A stretch of 64,000 bases of DNA from Octopus sinensis (taxonomy: Eukaryota). The translations under genes and the position numbers were made by a program. Positions 26,519-39,299 of this stretch are shown piece after piece. The DNA is taken from assembly GCF_006345805.1 (NCBI RefSeq), contig NC_043012.1, positions 47,802,001 to 47,866,000 on the forward strand, given 5' to 3'. Each line of letters starts with the position of its first letter. The stretch's first letter is position 1. The notes under the pieces were generated by a model that was not told the origin of the DNA, did no database searches, and saw only the letters and a program-made list of their open reading frames with translations.

Positions 26519-26868
26519 ATCTGCAAACTGTGTCAGATACTCTGACTGAGTTTGAGTCAAATTTTATTGTTCTACTTGTATCTGATTCTTACATATATTA
26601 TTTGCATCATCTCAGCTTTCTCAATTTATTTATCGTGAAATGTAGGAGGATGTACATTGATTAACTGTGAAATGTATTTGATTAATCAATTGATTGTGCT
26701 CATGAACCGTTTCCCTGAAGACCTCGTTTGTAACAAATAGCTAACAGGCTTTTATTTATACTTGAAACCTTTTCTGATTACCTACCTTGCGCAATATATT
26801 CATTACGTACAACTACTGAACACAATTTTCCCTTCATTAAAGAGCCGAAGCCCAGAATTCACTTACAG

Positions 26869-28075
26869 TTTATCATTTTTGGTTTGTGGATGCGACACGG
26901 ATAACAGAATGCTGATATTTCACGACTCTTTATTGAAAGTAAGAAGGGTTGATATCGCTTTCCATTTCAGTGAGATAAAGGAAGTTATTTGAAAGTCGGT
27001 AGGCTCGTGTTACTTCATTAGTAATAAGTAGCATAAATAATATTGAAACGAAGTCTTTCTACCATCACCTACAAAACAATAGATGAGATAAGAAAAAGTC
27101 AACGTTGCGGGAAGTGTAGATTTCTCTGAAAGTAAGCTTCATTTACATTTGATATATCTGAACAGGTTCTCGTTTCCACTTTGCTATCAGTAAACGAATA
27201 TTTTGCGCGTGCGTACTATCACGAACACACACTCATTTGTGAACCACGCTTTTACACTTATTTGTTTGTAAACACAGACACACACACAGTTATATCGTCA
27301 TCTCACATTCTTACATGTGCTGTCTTTTGATTACGTAGAAGATTAGTGGACAGCTATTTTGTCGTAAGTTAAAATGAAACAAGCCATACACACACAAACA
27401 CACACACACACACACACGCACACACACGCACGCACATACACACACACTCACATATATTGTATATTTTCAATACGAAATTTAATTTACTAACATTTCAACT
27501 ACAATACTATCATATAATCTTTGCATCTCAACCAACTTGAGACACGATGTTACATTTTTAACACTAAAGAATTAGAAAGATAGAATATATGGATATAAAT
27601 GAAAATCTTTGAAACAATATTTGATACCAAAAAGAAAATAAAGGACTAGATATAACACACATTCTTAATAATTGCAAACATGCCTCTTTGTAGAGGAATA
27701 TATGTCATTGACACATTCTTGAATGTCACGTTAAATATTTTGCATTTTGTAGAAAGTATAATACTAAGAAAATAAATAAGGAATTAAGAAACACACCTTA
27801 AAAAGTTCAATGAAATTAGGGTGCTTAAATGTTTAGGTAAAATCAGGTGTAAAGGAAGGTAAATATAAATTAGTATACAGCATACGTATTGCAGAGAACA
27901 AACCCAGTATTCAATCTACTGCTAGGTTGGCTAGAAGGCAGTATGTTTTACATAAAACAGATGATTATCCCAACACTTTAATGAAATTTCACTGCAATAC
28001 ATTTTTGCGCTTCTTAATATCATAATCTTTTGTAATCTTAATTAAAACTTATGAGTATAATATACTTAATATGTT

Positions 28076-28106
<31 letters not shown>

Positions 28107-28527
28107 ATTTATGCACACACACTCACACAGATATATACAGGCATTCACACACACACACATCCTCAATCGTATACATGTATTTATATAAACATATATATGT
28201 TAAAACTTCAACATCACTGTAGAAAGCCACCAGAAAAAGAATTTTCATGAGAACGAAGCTGTAAAAATGTGGATACGCAGAAAACCTCAAATACTTGAAA
28301 TAGACTAAAAATAAGAAAATCCCCAACCAAAACGCAAGAGCAGATGTTAAATTATGATACAATTCGCCATACAACCGACTAGTAAAATTTCAACATCCCG
28401 TTTGATGACATTTTGTCACACATTTCATGCAAATTTACACGTGTATGTTTAATAGTGATCCGTTAGTCTGATTTGCATATACAAACCATTGTTAGTCCTG
28501 AGAATGCTCTACTCTATGAAGGCAGCA
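26869..28527 (+). CDS. Candidate three-exon chain (26869-26938, 27895-27940, 28496-28527)
   Basis: Canonical AG/GT sites (donors GTAAGA, GTATGT, GTAAGA) with compatible phases; reads LSFLVCGCDTDNRMLIFHDSLLK-RTNPVFNLLLGWLEG-ILRMLYSMKAA; no family recognised. Confidence 0.2.
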
Positions 28528-29140
28528 GTAAGAAGGAAGAAATATCTTATGCAGTGAGTGTATTGGCATGCTTACATTTGCAACTTATTTTCAAAGGTTT
28601 TTTTTTTTTATGTGGAGCTAATTTTTATATTAAGCGCAAGATGTTGAAATTAAAAGAAATCCTAACTAGCATTGTAGGAAGTAAATCAATTATAGTTGGA
28701 AACCAACTCATTAAGTTATTAAGGATGTTTAATAGAAACAACAATAAGGTCTTTTATTCTCGTTAAAACTTAGCCACTACTGAAGATACACTAAATACAA
28801 GCTTGCGAGGACGCTTTTGCATCACTGAGCACGCAATCATAACTTCAGGGACTGATCTGTCTGACTAATTCATTAATAAGCTTTGTTGTAGTTCAACTGA
28901 ATGAAGGACCTACATCGGAGCTACAAGAAATAACTTCAAACTGAAGTACTGCTTACTTACACATTCAGTAGCCAAGCAGCATAAAAAAAGAAGCCTATTG
29001 AATTACATACAGCGAAATGGTGAAAGCAGTGATAATAAATGTTACTTGAAAACAATGCCACGGTGGCTGATCGAATTCCGAAGCTTAATGATAGCAAAAA
29101 GAATTTCTTATATATAAGACATGATGCCTCCGTCTATGTC

Positions 29141-29547
29141 GGCGCATAGTGGCTGTGTGGTAAGTAGCTTGCTAACCAACCACATGGTTCCGGGTTCAGT
29201 CCCACTGCGTGACATCTTGGGTAAGTGTCTTCTGCTATAGCCCCGGGCCGACCAATGCCTTGTGGGTGGATTTGGTAGACGGAAACTGAAAGAAGCCTGT
29301 CGTATATATGTATATATATATATATATATGTGTGTGTTTGTGTGTCTGTGTTTGTCCCCCTAGCATTGCTTGACAACAAATGCTGGTGTGTTTACGTCCC
29401 CGTCACTTAGTGGTTCGGCAAAAGAGACCGATAGAATAAGTACTGGGCTTACAAAGACTAACTTCCGGGGTCGATTTGCTCGACTAAAGGCGGTGCTCCA
29501 GCATGGCCGCAGTCAAATGACTGAAACAAGTAAAAGAGTAAAAGAGA
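29141..29547 (+). mobile_element. SINE family A
   Basis: Full family A consensus. Confidence 0.85.
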
Positions 29548-30310
29548 GGCTATTCTATATATATATAGAATATACATATATTCTATTCAAGACACAAGTG
29601 ACTCTGGCAATTACCAAGACAGACAGATTAGATAGAAACATAAGTAGGGTGATAGGCAGATTGGCAGGTAGATTAGCAGGAAAATATGTAGGCAAGAAGG
29701 CAGGTACGCATTCATGCAGGTAGGTAGGTTAGTAGGTAGGTAGGTAGGTAGGTTAGAAGATAGATAGGTTGGTACGTAGTAAGTATTTGAGGTGTGAAAA
29801 TAAATAACCAAATACGTATTTAAGTGTACATGTATGTGAAAGTATGTATGTATATATTTGATTGTATATATAATACATAAAGCGAAAATATTGCGCAGCG
29901 AGTGTGTATACGCATACCTAAATGTATATATATATATATATATATATACATATTCTGTTTGTCTGTCTGTCTGTCCCTCTCTCTCTATATATATATATGT
30001 GTGTGTGTGTGTAAAATATATATAAATTACATGCATAAATGCATAGAATAATATTATTATGAACGTGTGTTTATGGGGGAACTTTTAAGCATATTAGTAT
30101 TTTTAATGTTGTTATAAAATGGAAGCTGGAGTGTTTAATATACTAGTATGCGCATATAAACCACGTATACACATATTCGTTGTGTCTGTGCAAGTGTAAG
30201 CATATGAGTGTATGCCTATATATATACGTATGTGTGTATGTATAAATATATAGATAATTATAGATATAGATATATGCACATATACATAAATTTATGCGAA
30301 TATATATTAT

Positions 30311-30669
30311 AACTTATAAGTAAGCGCAAAAGAAAAAATTTCTAATGCTAAATATGCCGAAAACAGACACATCGTCAATATATTTGGGGTACTTAATTGT
30401 GCGCATGACTTAGTGTTTGCTTATTCCATGGGTATATGTAAGTATTTCATTTATTTCTTTGCCGCATTTATCACTGACGAAGAGAAGGTTCTTATGAATT
30501 AACTCTGAAATCGGGTCCGATATGATAATAACGGAATTTTTTAGTAATTTCTGTCGACTTTCTTCGAGATGCGTGCTTATAGTGATGAATTATATGGTTA
30601 TTGACGATGTGTCTGTTTTCGGCATATTTGGCATTAGAAATTTTTTTCTTTTGCCCTTGCTTATAAGTT
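30311..30669 (+). mobile_element. Mini PLE-like element: 70-bp inverted arms enclosing a hammerhead
   Basis: 30311-30380 vs 30599-30669 inverted, with 3 substitutions and 1 indel. Confidence 0.7.
30469..30522 (+). ncRNA. Type I hammerhead ribozyme candidate
   Basis: TATCA-CTGACGA-AGAG..hairpin..CTCT-GAAA-TCGG-GTC-CGATA; stem I 4/5 with the 1.1 position mismatched. Confidence 0.5.
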
Positions 30670-30774
30670 GTTTATAAATTTAACCTTTAAAGATATTTTT
30701 TAATATGCTGGCCATTGACAGAATTTTTTTCGAAAAATTTTATCTTATATTAGATGTATATAAATATATATATA

Positions 30775-30839
<65 letters not shown>

Positions 30840-31139
30840 GAGAAAGAGAGAAACAAATTTCATATCATTCAATCCATTTCAAATTGTCGAAATTCTCCGC
30901 AATATACGTAGATGTGTTCACATATATGAGACATGATAAAAATTCCTAAGAAATTACAAATATATATAAATATATTTATAAATATAGAAAAATCCATAAA
31001 TATGTAAAAGTTTATAATTATAGAAAAAAATTATAAACATATAAACATATAAATAAGAATACATAGATGTACTTGCGAGGTTGAATGTCTGTACTAGAAT
31101 CAATGGGGAGGGTAGATGAAAGAGTTAGTATAAAATTAT

Positions 31140-32262
31140 TTAAGAGATAATGGCTTACTCTATCCTTACCATGAGCCTAATAAGACTATTAAGTATATCC
31201 AAGCCTTATCAAATCATCCCCAAAGTGTCATTAAGGGGATATTCAAAGATATGTCCATAAGAATATATAACTTATCCGCAAACAAAAAGATCTTCGACGA
31301 TTTTGCTCCCCTTTATAATACAGCATTAAAAGACAGTGGATGGAAGAGGAAAATATATCATATTAAGAACGCAATATTTAAAAATAAATTAGGCCAAAGT
31401 TTTCCAAATAATACGAACTTAAACATCAACACACCTCTCGTAAACAACCCCGCCTCCAAATATAGGAACCAACAATATACTACCAACAATAGAAGATACT
31501 ATAATTTATTTAATCATAATGACAGTATCTATACTTGGCAGGGCAGAATAGAAACAAATCGGGGAGGAGACGGGAAATTATATGATTCACACCTTTTCCC
31601 TCCAGGTCAGAAACCTCCCTAAATTATATTTTAGAATTATCGATAGGAACTTCTCACTAGGACATAGATATCATTCCAAGTTTAATAGATGCTGCCTTAA
31701 ATTATCGTACTCAACCATACCCAATCTAGGATCTATAATCTTGGCCAACAATCGACTTAAATTTAGAATAACAGCATTAATAGAGATGGTTAAAATAGCT
31801 GACCTTAATATGAAGAATAATAAGAACCCTGATATTGAAAATAAAAAGGCTAAACCTAGAAATAAAACATGTAATTGTCGTAATAGGGAGCTAGGTCCCT
31901 TAAAAGGATTCTGGTTAAAGAGATATGTCGTATATAAAGTTGAGGTTTCAAACCTTAATGAACCTAAAAAGTTATACATAGGAAGTGCGACAGATTTCAA
32001 GATTAGATATAGGACACACGCAAATTCATTTATCAAACACGAAACAAAAACTTCAACCACACTAGCTACCCACATCAATAAATTAAAAATACGCAATAAA
32101 GAATTCAGTGTATATTGGTGTTTCATAAAGGAAACCACACCACATAATACACACACTAAAAATTGCAATTTATGCACGAAGGAGGCGATCCACATACGCC
32201 ATACCAACAAAAAATAATCTTGATGAGATATCTGATGTCATAATTACCTGTAGACATAAATA
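31140..32262 (+). pseudogene. PLE RT thumb + linker + GIY-YIG endonuclease, frameshifted
   Basis: YPYHEPN..KYIQALSNHP; FNR..LKLSYS..PN; CNCRN; VVYKV..LYIGS..FKIRY..H; CNLC.KE; C-terminal ..TCRHK in a shifted frame. Confidence 0.85.
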
Positions 32263-32507
32263 TCTTTCAACTCTTAAATTCTTTCCTTAAAATAATTAGC
32301 CTGTAGGCTTTTAATCTAATCACCCTTCATATTTTGAATTAATCGTCAAATACTATTATATATATAGCGTCGTAATGCATCTTCACATGTAACTTTAATT
32401 CTAATTCTAATTTCTCATGAAAAGTATGGTGCGACAAAGTATTCGTTTTATAAAAATTCTCAAACCTTTCATGTCTCTTAAAGCTTTAACAACTCTTTGA
32501 ATCTTTT

Positions 32508-32595
32508 AACTCTGATGAGAGACGTCTAGATAATTGCTATGCTTGGAGTTAGCTCGCGCATACCAACCTATATCTTCCCGAAACGGCCATGAGAC
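32508..32595 (+). ncRNA. Decayed type I hammerhead in the PLE 3' pLTR
   Basis: CTGATGAG at 32512 and CGAAACGG at 32579; stems imperfect. Confidence 0.35.
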
Positions 32596-33441
32596 TCTGC
32601 ACTCATTCAGGATTCCTCTTAAATCATTTTACACTAAATTTCTCATCTACCCTCCCCATTGATTCTAATATAGACATTCAACCTCGCAAGTACATCTATG
32701 TATTTATATTTATATATTTATATGCTTATACATTTTTATATATTCATAATGGTTTATATATTTATGAATTTTTATATATCTCTAACTCTTCGTATATTTA
32801 TATATTTATAATATCTTATAAATGTTTACCATATCTCATATATGTGAACGAATTTATGTATATTGTAGAGAATTTCGACAATTTGAAATGGATAGAATGA
32901 ACATAAATACCGACCTTTGGAATTCGTTTCTGTGTTTCCTAATTTTATATTCCTGAAGCTCTATAGGATCGCTAGTTACTTGTAGTGTATAAAGTGGATA
33001 ACTATAACATTTAATTCTTCATCATATATATGTCAAAAGGATATGTTATAATGCTATTCCACAGCCATACCAACAATCCAACATACATCCATCATCAGCT
33101 GCCTCACGGATATCATTATCGTTTCGACACCTGTGTTGTACCATTCAATCCGGCAATGTCAACAGCTCTAAAACAAGTGTTGTTTGAGAACAAACAAACC
33201 ACAGAAACAACAACATTCAAACACATTCACCAAATGTACAACCGTATCGAGAAATAAATTCGATAAGTAAATTACAACCGCTCCTAGAATACGTAATTGA
33301 ACGGCGACAACTCTATTAAGTTATATTGAGTTATTAAGTTATAAAAATTATAATCCCTACCGTCTTCCGTAGTGTAATATAAAAGAAAAGCTTAATAACT
33401 ACGTTATTTCAATCAATATATAGGCAGGATTGTGTGTGTAC

Positions 33442-33500
<59 letters not shown>

Positions 33501-33578
33501 AATAAAATAGAACATATGCATATATATAAACATATATGTACGTACCTACCTCTACATGTACATATACACGCATATATG

Positions 33579-33824
33579 TGTACAGGACACCAAAAAGACG
33601 TCGAACACATAGAGAGACGAAAAACATAGACACAAACCAAGGAACAAGACAAGCAAAAAAAGAGATAAAGGACAATAAGCACAACGAAAAATCCCCTTCT
33701 TCAGTCGCTAAGGTTTCATCTACTAAACGTTTCGAAGGATAAAAGCGAGACGTATATTTCGAAGAAAACTTCCTTCCTGCGAAAAGCAAATCAATTAAAA
33801 TTCTGAGATCTTTTCGCAGAGGGG
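33579..33824 (-). mobile_element. pLTR-like repeat carrying a permuted hammerhead
   Basis: Homologous to 6719-6980. Confidence 0.65.
33692..33753 (-). ncRNA. Candidate non-circularly permuted hammerhead ribozyme (GUC site)
   Basis: Minus strand ACGU-C (33753-49), UCGCU (33748-44) pairs AGCGA (33709-05), CUUC-GAAA-CGU, 25 nt spacer, CUGAAGA, A, GGGG. Confidence 0.65.
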
Positions 33825-34321
33825 TAAAAAAAAAAGGCAAGACGGTAACGACAGTACAAACATATAAACAGTAAAAAATATATATATAAACAGTGGAAAA
33901 ATAAATATATAACAGTGAGAGACAGGACAAGGAGAACAAGATAAGAAGGGCTGTTAACGCCAGACGAAAAAAGTATTGCAAACGCTGGATTATAATGGAC
34001 GACGAGAGAGAAAAAATGTCGACCAGTAGCCTTAGAAGGCGGGCGAGAAAAGACAGGATAGCAGTTACGACGGAAGTATCGTCGCAGATGGACGACGGGA
34101 ATGGGGGAGGAGGAGCAAGAGGAAGAGAGAGAAGGGGAATGGTGCGAGGAGACCATGAAGAATGTTGAAAGGGAGAGAGAGAATGAAGAATGAGAGAGAG
34201 AGGAAGAGACAAGTTAAGTGAGGGAAAAAAGACGAAAAAGGGAATGGGAGAGAAAGAAAGAAAGATGCAGAGTCGCGTGAGAGTTAATATCAAGGCTAAC
34301 TTGATAAACAGAACAATCTTA

Positions 34322-34352
<31 letters not shown>

Positions 34353-34418
34353 GATATATTGATAGATAGATATAGATATATGCGCATATGTATACCTTTA
34401 AATATATATATATATTTA

Positions 34419-34467
<49 letters not shown>

Positions 34468-34487
34468 GTGTGTGGTGTATATATATA

Positions 34488-34523
<36 letters not shown>

Positions 34524-34967
34524 CATCCTTTGCATTATATATATATATTTACATTCAACTGATTAACAGTGTAAGTACATTCACAAAAATATTCATAGAT
34601 GTGCGAATTTGGTTGTGTGCGTGCTGGTGCTTATCCACGTGCGTGAACGTGTGCCATTGCGCATGTGTGTCTGTAAGACTATCTACATATTTTTTCTATT
34701 ATTCTCTATCATTCTACACCGGAAGTAGTTATCTATTCTGTTAATATTTTTACAAACTAAATTTATTTTTCGAGTGACATGACATCCAGCTTTAAAAAAT
34801 TTACTTTCACATCTCAGATGTATTTTCAGATAAGACGATAAATTCATGTTATAGATAAAAATGATAGCAGAATGCCAATAATAATATTGGTTTAACAAAT
34901 TCATCTAAGCTGTAATAAACAACACTAGCTCTTTCTCTATCTCTGACTTTCACGCAGTATATGACTT

Positions 34968-35032
<65 letters not shown>

Positions 35033-35095
35033 ACACGCACACACACACACGTATATATGTTTGTATGTGTATGTGCGCATGTGTATACGTGTATG

Positions 35096-35487
35096 AATAG
35101 AAACTTTAGCACGCCGGGCGAAATGCTTTACAGTATTTTATCTGCCGCTACGTTCTGAGTTCAAATTCTGCCGAAGTCGACTTTACCTTTCATCCTTTCG
35201 GGGTCGATAAATTAAGTACCAGTTACGCACTGGAGTCGATGTATTCGACATAATCCGTTTGTCTGTCCTTGTTTGTCCTCTCTGTTTAGCTCCCTTGTGG
35301 GTAGTAAAGAAATAGGTATTTCGTCTGCCGTTACGAAAGGCGGTCTTCTGAGTTCAAATTTCGCGAGGTCGACATTGCCTTTCATCCTTTCGGGGTCAAT
35401 AAATTAAGTACCAGTTGCGTACTGGGTCGATCTAATCGACTGGCCCCCTTCCCCCAAAATTTCAGGCTTTGTGCCTTGAGTAAAAAT
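35096..35487 (+). mobile_element. SINE family B dimer (unit 35096-35314 + headless unit 35315-35487)
   Basis: Junction AAAGAAATA-GG-TATTTCGTCTG. Confidence 0.8.
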
Positions 35488-35541
35488 CATATAGTCAGCC
35501 ATATATGCGTATATGTCTATATGTATATAAATATATATATA

Positions 35542-35920
35542 TTCTGTTTATTCTTTTATTTGCTTCGGTCATTTGACTGCGGCCATGCTGTATCACCGCT
35601 ATTAGTCGGACAAATCGACCACATGACTTATTCTTTGTAAGCTTGCTACTTTTTCTATCAGTCTCTTTCTCCGAACCTCTAAGTTGCAAGGACATAAACA
35701 TATCAACATAGATTGTCAAGCGATAGTGTTGGGAACATTCACAGACACACACACGTATACACACACATACACAGACATATATATATGTTTATACATACAC
35801 ACACACAGAGGTTCCGTCTACCAAATACACCTTCAAAGGCTAAGTAGGCCTGAGGGTATTTCAGAGAGACACTTGCCCAAAGTGCCACACAGTGGGACCG
35901 AACCCGGTGCCATGCGGCTG
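35542..35920 (-). mobile_element. SINE family A, decayed
   Basis: Family A motifs on the minus strand. Confidence 0.75.
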
Positions 35921-35944
35921 TATATATATATATATGTATGTGAC

Positions 35945-36142
35945 CGCGTGTGTACCGTTGGCGATTTTTTTCCTCCGTCTTCCCTTCTTTGGATCTTTCC
36001 TTTTCCTATGTTTCTGACGAAGAGCCCCGCTCGAAACGTTAGACACTCCTTCTTTCCTTCTTTCCTGAGCGTCCAATAATATTATTCTTGTTCTACGTCC
36101 TCGCGTTGTTGTGTTTTCTCTGTGTTTTCATGTTTGGATTAA

Positions 36143-36145
<3 letters not shown>
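35945..36145 (+). mobile_element. ~200-bp HHR-bearing element ending in (TA)n
   Basis: Shares the HHR and TTTCCTGAGCG..CAATA with the 62625-62770 element. Confidence 0.6.
36009..36045 (+). ncRNA. Minimal type I hammerhead ribozyme (PLE type, palindromic stem III)
   Basis: TGTTT-CTGACGA-A-GAGC-ccc-GCTC-GAAA-CGTT-AGACA; stem I 5 bp, stem II 4 bp, ACGU palindrome, GUU site. Confidence 0.75.
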
Positions 36146-36205
<60 letters not shown>

Positions 36206-36397
36206 GGTGTATGGATGGATGTATACGTATATGTATGTGTGTATATATGTATATGCATAGATACCTTATTGTTAAAGAGGAAAACAAACGTTAAGGCAAG
36301 ACAAACATCTCAAGTCATATATATTATTATTACTGGAAAAAATTATCTTGAAATGCTAAAGATTAAATTTATTCATTTAAATCGAGATTGGCTTAAC

Positions 36398-37383
36398 TAA
36401 GCCCTACACACAAAGGGGTTGCAGTCTGCGGAGTTTAGTGGCCTGATGTGAATGGTGATGTGGGTGCAGAAATTGTCTGTCAGTCATAACTGGGTTCTCC
36501 TGCTTGTGTGGCATGGTGCAGAGTCCTGTTCCTAGATATGGGGTGTTCCAGAAGTCAGTCACTTGAACTAGGGCAGAACTACCTACTACAAGCACGTGAT
36601 ATTGGTCTGCGTGTTGAGTGTGAGACCATGTAGGAAGATGAATGGATGCATAAGGTTACCATCACTAGTGATCACTCCAAATACCATGATGTAGACTGGA
36701 TGTTTGAATTTTATCATTCTCGGTACATGTTTTAGGGACACGGCAAGTCAACGGTTGTTCAGTGTTCACCATCTGATCCTGGTAGGAAATTTCCTCGACA
36801 GTGAAAATCCAAAACATTTTCGGCTGGAGGGGGTGCTTGAGCTTGTTCAAAAGCTTCATGGTGCGGTCTTTCTACTCGTCCTTGATAGCTTGAAATAATA
36901 ATCGGCCCCTTCTCATCTTGTATGAGGAATACTGAATGTGTTCATACACTACCTGCCTGATAGGAAACTCAGACACTCCCAAGTCTCTGGCGAAGGATCT
37001 AACTCACTTAGAGGGGTCGTTGTCAATAATGGCATGGATATCACAAACAGATTCAAGAGTTCTTTTCTGGTCAGAATGAGTTTCCGAGCTGCCGTACCTT
37101 CGTACTCACCATTAAACGCATCTAACACTTTCGAATCCTCTGTACTATCCGCAGATTGATACACAAACACTCTGATATGTTCATATTGGAGCTTTCGACA
37201 CGATTGCCAAGCAGTACAGCTTGTCGTTTCCAAATTTCTTGCAGAGTGAATTGCGTCATGGTGCAGTCTTTACCACAGACGGTGCCCGACTGATCCTACT
37301 ATACTCTGTAGTTAACAAAAAAAGTGCAGATGCGCGGAAATAAGAAATATAAATGGTGACAATATACCCATCGCACATTGTAT
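36398..37383 (-). pseudogene. Decayed DD37D (maT-type) transposase, one end only
   Basis: KLLNKLKHPLQP..QDQMVN and QDSAPCHTSRRTQ...NSADCNPF with 37 residues after the D; stops and frameshifts. Confidence 0.75.
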
Positions 37384-37392
37384 ATTAAATAT

Positions 37393-37424
<32 letters not shown>

Positions 37425-37450
37425 ATATAATATATATATATATAACTCCA

Positions 37451-37631
37451 ACATGGAAGGTGTTTATAAGCCATTTAAAATACACAAAAGCCTTAGATTC
37501 ACTTTGAATTTGATTACAATTTGAATTTAACGGGGTTTTTGTGTTTTAAATGGCTGATAAACACCTTTCATGCTGCAATTGTTTTCGTTCAAGCACACGA
37601 TCTCAGATCAGGTCACTTGGTATGCAAGTAC
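37451..37631 (+). mobile_element. Hairpin element (~40-bp arms) joined to a PLE-type terminus
   Basis: 37451-37491 inverted vs 37531-37572; 37576-37631 about 85% identical to 47064-47119. Confidence 0.65.
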
Positions 37632-38131
37632 GGATAAATATATATATATATATTATTATATATATATACTATATACACACACAGACAGAGAGAGAGAGAG
37701 AGAATATATATAGAGAATAGAGAGAGATATACAAAGATAAACACATATATTCACACTTATACAGGCATGATGAATAGATATCACTTATACAGGCATGATG
37801 AATAGATATGTCTATAAAGCAAAACAGGAATATATATCATACGTACATTGGTGCATAAGTGTACTTTAATATACATACACACACCCGCACACGGGTATGT
37901 GAGTGAATATCCATATATAAATATATAAGTATATACATATGCATTTATACACATATTCGTGCATACACATATACGCATACGCAGGAACATACCTGAATAT
38001 ATGTATTTTTACATACATACATGCACACATCCACAGGTGTACAGATACACAAACCTAAATATGTACATGCATAAATAAACATGCACCCCCACACATACAC
38101 ACAAATACTGTGTGAGTACATGAGTAAACGT

Positions 38132-38160
38132 TAATAATAATAATAATAATAATAATAATG

Positions 38161-38203
<43 letters not shown>

Positions 38204-38223
38204 TAATAATGATGATAATTATG

Positions 38224-38272
<49 letters not shown>

Positions 38273-38290
38273 TAATAATAATAGTAATGA
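38132..38290. repeat. (AAT/GAT)n microsatellite
   Basis: Direct reading. Confidence 0.9.
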
Positions 38291-38320
38291 TAGTACATAA
38301 GCATGTCTGTGTGTGAGTGT

Positions 38321-38371
<51 letters not shown>

Positions 38372-39265
38372 GTGTGTGTGCGTGTGTGTGTTTCAATATC
38401 TAAATAGAAGCTAGACAAAGGAACGAACAGAAATTTCACACAAAAGAAATCTGCATGCTCTTTCCTCGTTAGTTATCGTTCAGAAATCATTACAGTTCAT
38501 TACAATTTTAACGATAACATTTTGCAATTTTGATGGTATCTATAGCGAATAGCTGCTGGGAATAATGAACGAACGTTGATGACTGACGAAAACAACTACG
38601 ACACAAGTATAAAGGTAAACATAGAAATAATATTAACCATACATTATAGAAACAAAATAAAGGCCGCGGGGCTCTGAGAAACAACAAAACATGTATATAA
38701 GTAATACAATGGAAAATGTCAGAAAGGACTGGAAACAAAGCGGAGAAATGAATTGATAAAATGAAAAGGAAGAAAAACGAACCCAGTACTGATGTTAAGA
38801 AAAACGCCGGAGGTTATAAGAAGGGTGAATGAAGAATTCAGCAGTCAAATGGGAAAAGGACGTTGGAAAGAAAAAAAGGAATGGTCACAGGTCACATGGT
38901 AGAACCTAACAATATTTCAGGTGTCAGATAGCGAGACATTTTCTTCGTTTCAACCAGAATTGCCTCCCCATCAAAAAGAGGAGCAGCGACGCTATACGTC
39001 AAAGCATTAATAAATCCCTGCACCGAGATCTCTTTATTCTTTTTTTTCTTAATCTCTGTCCTTCTGTCTTTCACCAGCTTAACTCTGTCTCTTTCTGTGT
39101 CTATGCTCTCCACCATATTTTCTCTCTTTCCACTCTGCCACCTGCCACATGACCCGTGGCCATTCCCATTTCCTTTTGTGTGTAAATGTTCCGCTCTTTC
39201 CTATGTCATGCGTTTGTTTAATGTTTGAAACTTATTTCAGGCAAAGCTACACACCTATCTTTTCT

Positions 39266-39299
<34 letters not shown>

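Larger units (their letters stand above)
30865..32900 (+). mobile_element. 5'-truncated Penelope-like element with an inverted pLTR at its 5' junction
   Basis: 30865-31137 is an inverted copy of 32626-32900; coding remnant between them; decayed HHR at 32512-32590. Confidence 0.85.

Noticed and set aside
33499-34293. 264-aa minus-strand ORF
   Set aside because: S/L/F-rich translation of a CT-rich repeat and the HHR repeat; no domain
37755-37810. 28-bp perfect tandem duplication
   Set aside because: Ordinary slippage duplication with no further structure
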